Assembly: GCA_963816145.1 (NCBI GenBank)
Contig: CAWFJP010000017.1
Location: 192,001-256,000, forward strand
DNA from: an uncultured delta proteobacterium
GTDB taxonomy: Bacteria > Desulfobacterota > Binatia > UBA9968
Length of the DNA: 64,000 nt
Direction of reading: 5' to 3'
The first letter of the stretch is position 1; every line of letters begins with the position of its first letter. Positions 61,735-64,000 of this stretch are shown piece by piece. A model generated the notes under the pieces. That model was given only the letters and a program-made list of their open reading frames with translations, had not been told where the DNA came from and searched no databases. The position numbers were made by a program, and so were the translations under genes.

Positions 61735-61751
61735 TTGGCCTTTCAATTGCT
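61735..61751 (+). promoter_or_regulatory. Sigma54 promoter of the pilin gene
   Basis: TTGGCCTTTCAATTGCT has GG-N10-GC spacing, about 150 bp upstream of pilA. The palindrome GTAACAAATTTTGTCAC (61537-61553) is a candidate activator site. Confidence 0.75.
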
Positions 61752-61898
61752 TTAGTCGTGATTCAACGTTTTGAATCTTATAACAACTATGCGCAAGGAG
61801 GTGGCGATCGACGGCATAGAAGCCATGACAACGGATTGTTTCAGAATCGGAAAATCGTCTCAGAGTAACGGTACTTTACGAAAGGGAGTTGTCTAAAG

Positions 61899-62278
61899 AT
61901 GAAAAAGTTACGTTTGCAAAGTGATGCAGGTTTTACCTTGATCGAATTGTTGGTGGTAGTTGCCATCATAGGTATATTGGCGGCCATCGCGATTCCCCAG
62001 TTCGCGGCTTACAGAAAGCGCGGTCATGAGGCACAGATTAAGTCCGACTTGAGAAACGCTGCGGTCGCGGAGGAGGCATACTTCGCAGCAAATTCGGTCT
62101 ATAAAGCAGGTACAATGACCTCGGGTACACCCGCAGGTTTCAACGCCACTACCGGAGTCACTGTAGTTTCAGCAATCGGACTAACACTTTCCAGTTGACC
62201 GCACTCATACGAATTGTTCTGGAAGTACTGGACTCGAGCAGTACCGGCCAGATCACCGCCAACCAGGCCTGTCAGTAA
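61899..62278 (+). CDS. pilA: Type IVa major pilin; ORF stops at 62198, probable frameshifted C-terminus to 62278
   Basis: Prepilin G|[24 protein letters not shown]. Shifted frames continue [15 protein letters not shown]...[12 protein letters not shown] with a Cys pair. Confidence 0.9.
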
Positions 62279-62300
62279 CACTGTTTAGCAGTTGATGAAC

Positions 62301-62338
62301 AAAAAAGGGGGTGGCTCTTACGAACCACCCCCTTTTTT
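62301..62338 (+). terminator. Intrinsic terminator after pilA
   Basis: AAAAAAGGGGGTGG-N10-CCACCCCCTTTTTT. Confidence 0.88.
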
Positions 62339-62400
62339 CTATCTCATTTTTTCCAAGACAGGCAATTAATTATGAGTTCGAGAGTGGCAAAGGGTCCGCA

Positions 62401-64000
62401 TTGAAATCTAAGCGATTAGAAATAGGGGCAGTTGTCGTAGTAATAGCCTGCCTCTTGTGGTTTTGTCAGGATCTGGTCTTTGATGGCGAGGTGCCGTTTT
62501 ATCGCGACTTAACCAATTATTTCTATCCGTTGCGTCATAGCCTATGGGAGAGCTTCCGAATTGGCGATCTTGGTCTCTGGAATCGCCATTTTGCTCAAGG
62601 CTTTCCAAACCTCGCCGCTTTTCAGACCGGGGTATTTTATCCACCGCACTGGACTTTTTTGGTTTTACCCTTATATGCGTCGCTTCGCACACTTTTTATT
62701 TTTCATTTCCTAGTTGCTGGTTTGGGTAGTTATTTGTTGCTACGGCGTGGGCACTACAGCACGACTGGGCAAATCATCGGGGCCCGTTGTTTCCCTTAGG
62801 CGGGATAGTGGTTTCACTAACCAACCTTCTCAATCATTTCCAATCAGCAGTCTGGCTCCCATGGCTTCTAGTCACATGGGAGCGGTTACTGCTTTCGCCA
62901 CGGTGGCGTTGTTTCGTCGACTTTACCCTGATTGCGTCACTGCAGTTCCTAGCCGGGTCGCCGGAGATCACCGCCCTGAGCATGTTTCTAGCGCTGGTCA
63001 AAGGATTTTCACTTCGTCCATCACAAACGCAAATTACTTCGGGCCGGATAATTGGCTTCGCGATCCTTGGTAACATAGTCATGCTGAGCTTGATTATGGT
63101 CCAAGTTCTGCCGACCGTGGAACTTATCTTAGAGTCCCGGCGCGGTCATTCAATCCCGGCATCTGAGTCATTCATGTGGTCGCTTGAGCCGCTGAGTTTG
63201 ATCAATCTATTTTTGCCTGACAGTGAAGTTGATCGTTCTATCGGCGTTGGAATTGTCTATTATTTTGGCCGAAAAGTACCGCTCTTTTTATCCATGTATT
63301 TGGGACTTATTAGCCTCTACGGAATCGCCTTATGGATGTACTATAGCGCACGCCGGGAAATCATCGCTTTGACCTTCCTGATTTTAATGTCATTGGCGCT
63401 CGCCATGGGGGGTAACGCCCTAGTATATCCGTTCTTTTTCCATTATCTGCCGTTTCTCTCCGCGGTCCGTTTCCCAGAAAAATTTTTCTTTATTGCCAAC
63501 GCACTTTTGATCGTGGTCAGCTTGAGCGGATTACAGAGTTTCCTGATGGACGACTCCAAGAGAATGAAAGGGGCGCCGGTTATTCTTGGTACGATTTGTT
63601 TGAGCTGGCTCGGTTTGTATCTCTATCTAAACTTCCATTCGGAGATACTTAGCAATTTTATTGCGCTCAGTTATCGAGACGCAGCATCCCCAAAAGGGAT
63701 CGGTGATTTGACGATCGGCGCTTTGACGAACATACAACGACAGGTAATTTTGTCCTTCGCGATTTTGTTTCTACTGTTGTTCACCAAAACAGGCAAAATA
63801 CGACCTGTCCTATTTTCCGTGTTGCTGGTTGCGGTGGTTTACGTCGACCTCACCTGGGCGCATAAGAGTTATCTCTTTCCGGTCCATCCTGAAAAACTCT
63901 TGGCGTCGCCGCCCATTATTGACCCAGCGCAGACCCAACAAACCAGATTATTCTATTATCCCTCAGCAAATGATCTTCACCCAGCGTATTTAACCGTACG
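62401..64000 (+). CDS. YfhO-like polytopic membrane protein (GT-C-type glycosyltransferase), frameshift near 62785, 3' end outside window
   Basis: Frame 1: FYRDLTNYFYP...LWNRH..QGFP...FYPPH. Frame 2 continues SAVWLPW, QFLAGSPE, QVLPTVE and RFPEKF. Confidence 0.7.

Noticed and set aside
61752-61898. c-di-GMP (GEMM) riboswitch in the pilA leader
   Set aside because: The conserved GGCAAAC...GAAA...GACGCAAAGC elements were not seen.
1-64000. tRNA, rRNA, IS elements, prophage or CRISPR arrays
   Set aside because: None recognised by eye; a covariance-model scan would be needed to exclude small RNAs.

Overview
Bacterial chromosomal window spanning the replication origin, probably from a deltaproteobacterial-type organism; the many orphan Bug/TctC and NitT/TauT binding proteins suggest Candidatus Binatia, but this is inference. 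The left half (1-31 kb) is accessory. It holds a DUF5752-TreT-TPS/TPP trehalose operon, a Pal-like lipoprotein, orphan solute-binding proteins, a sigma54 module with degenerate receiver domains, a Cys-rich porin plus a tandem-duplicated hydrolase-like lipoprotein, msrA, two putative catabolic clusters and several deletion-scarred gene remnants. The centre holds dnaN-oriC-dnaA with DnaA boxes and DnaA-trios. The right half holds hemL, the F0 ATP synthase genes, a long minus-strand block (grpE-dnaK-dnaJ, lon, thiL, larB, archease-like, HD protein, DegT, gmhA, DUF62, dCMP deaminase), recO-ppdK and a type IV pilus locus. The strongest candidate for something new is in the pilus locus: the usual pilS and pilR are replaced by one in-frame ORF (59489-61540). 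It joins a PilS-type membrane sensor and PAS domain directly to a PilR-type sigma54 AAA+/HTH activator, with no histidine kinase or receiver domain, and sits just upstream of a sigma54 promoter and the pilin gene. All calls come from reading motifs by eye; no database searches were run.
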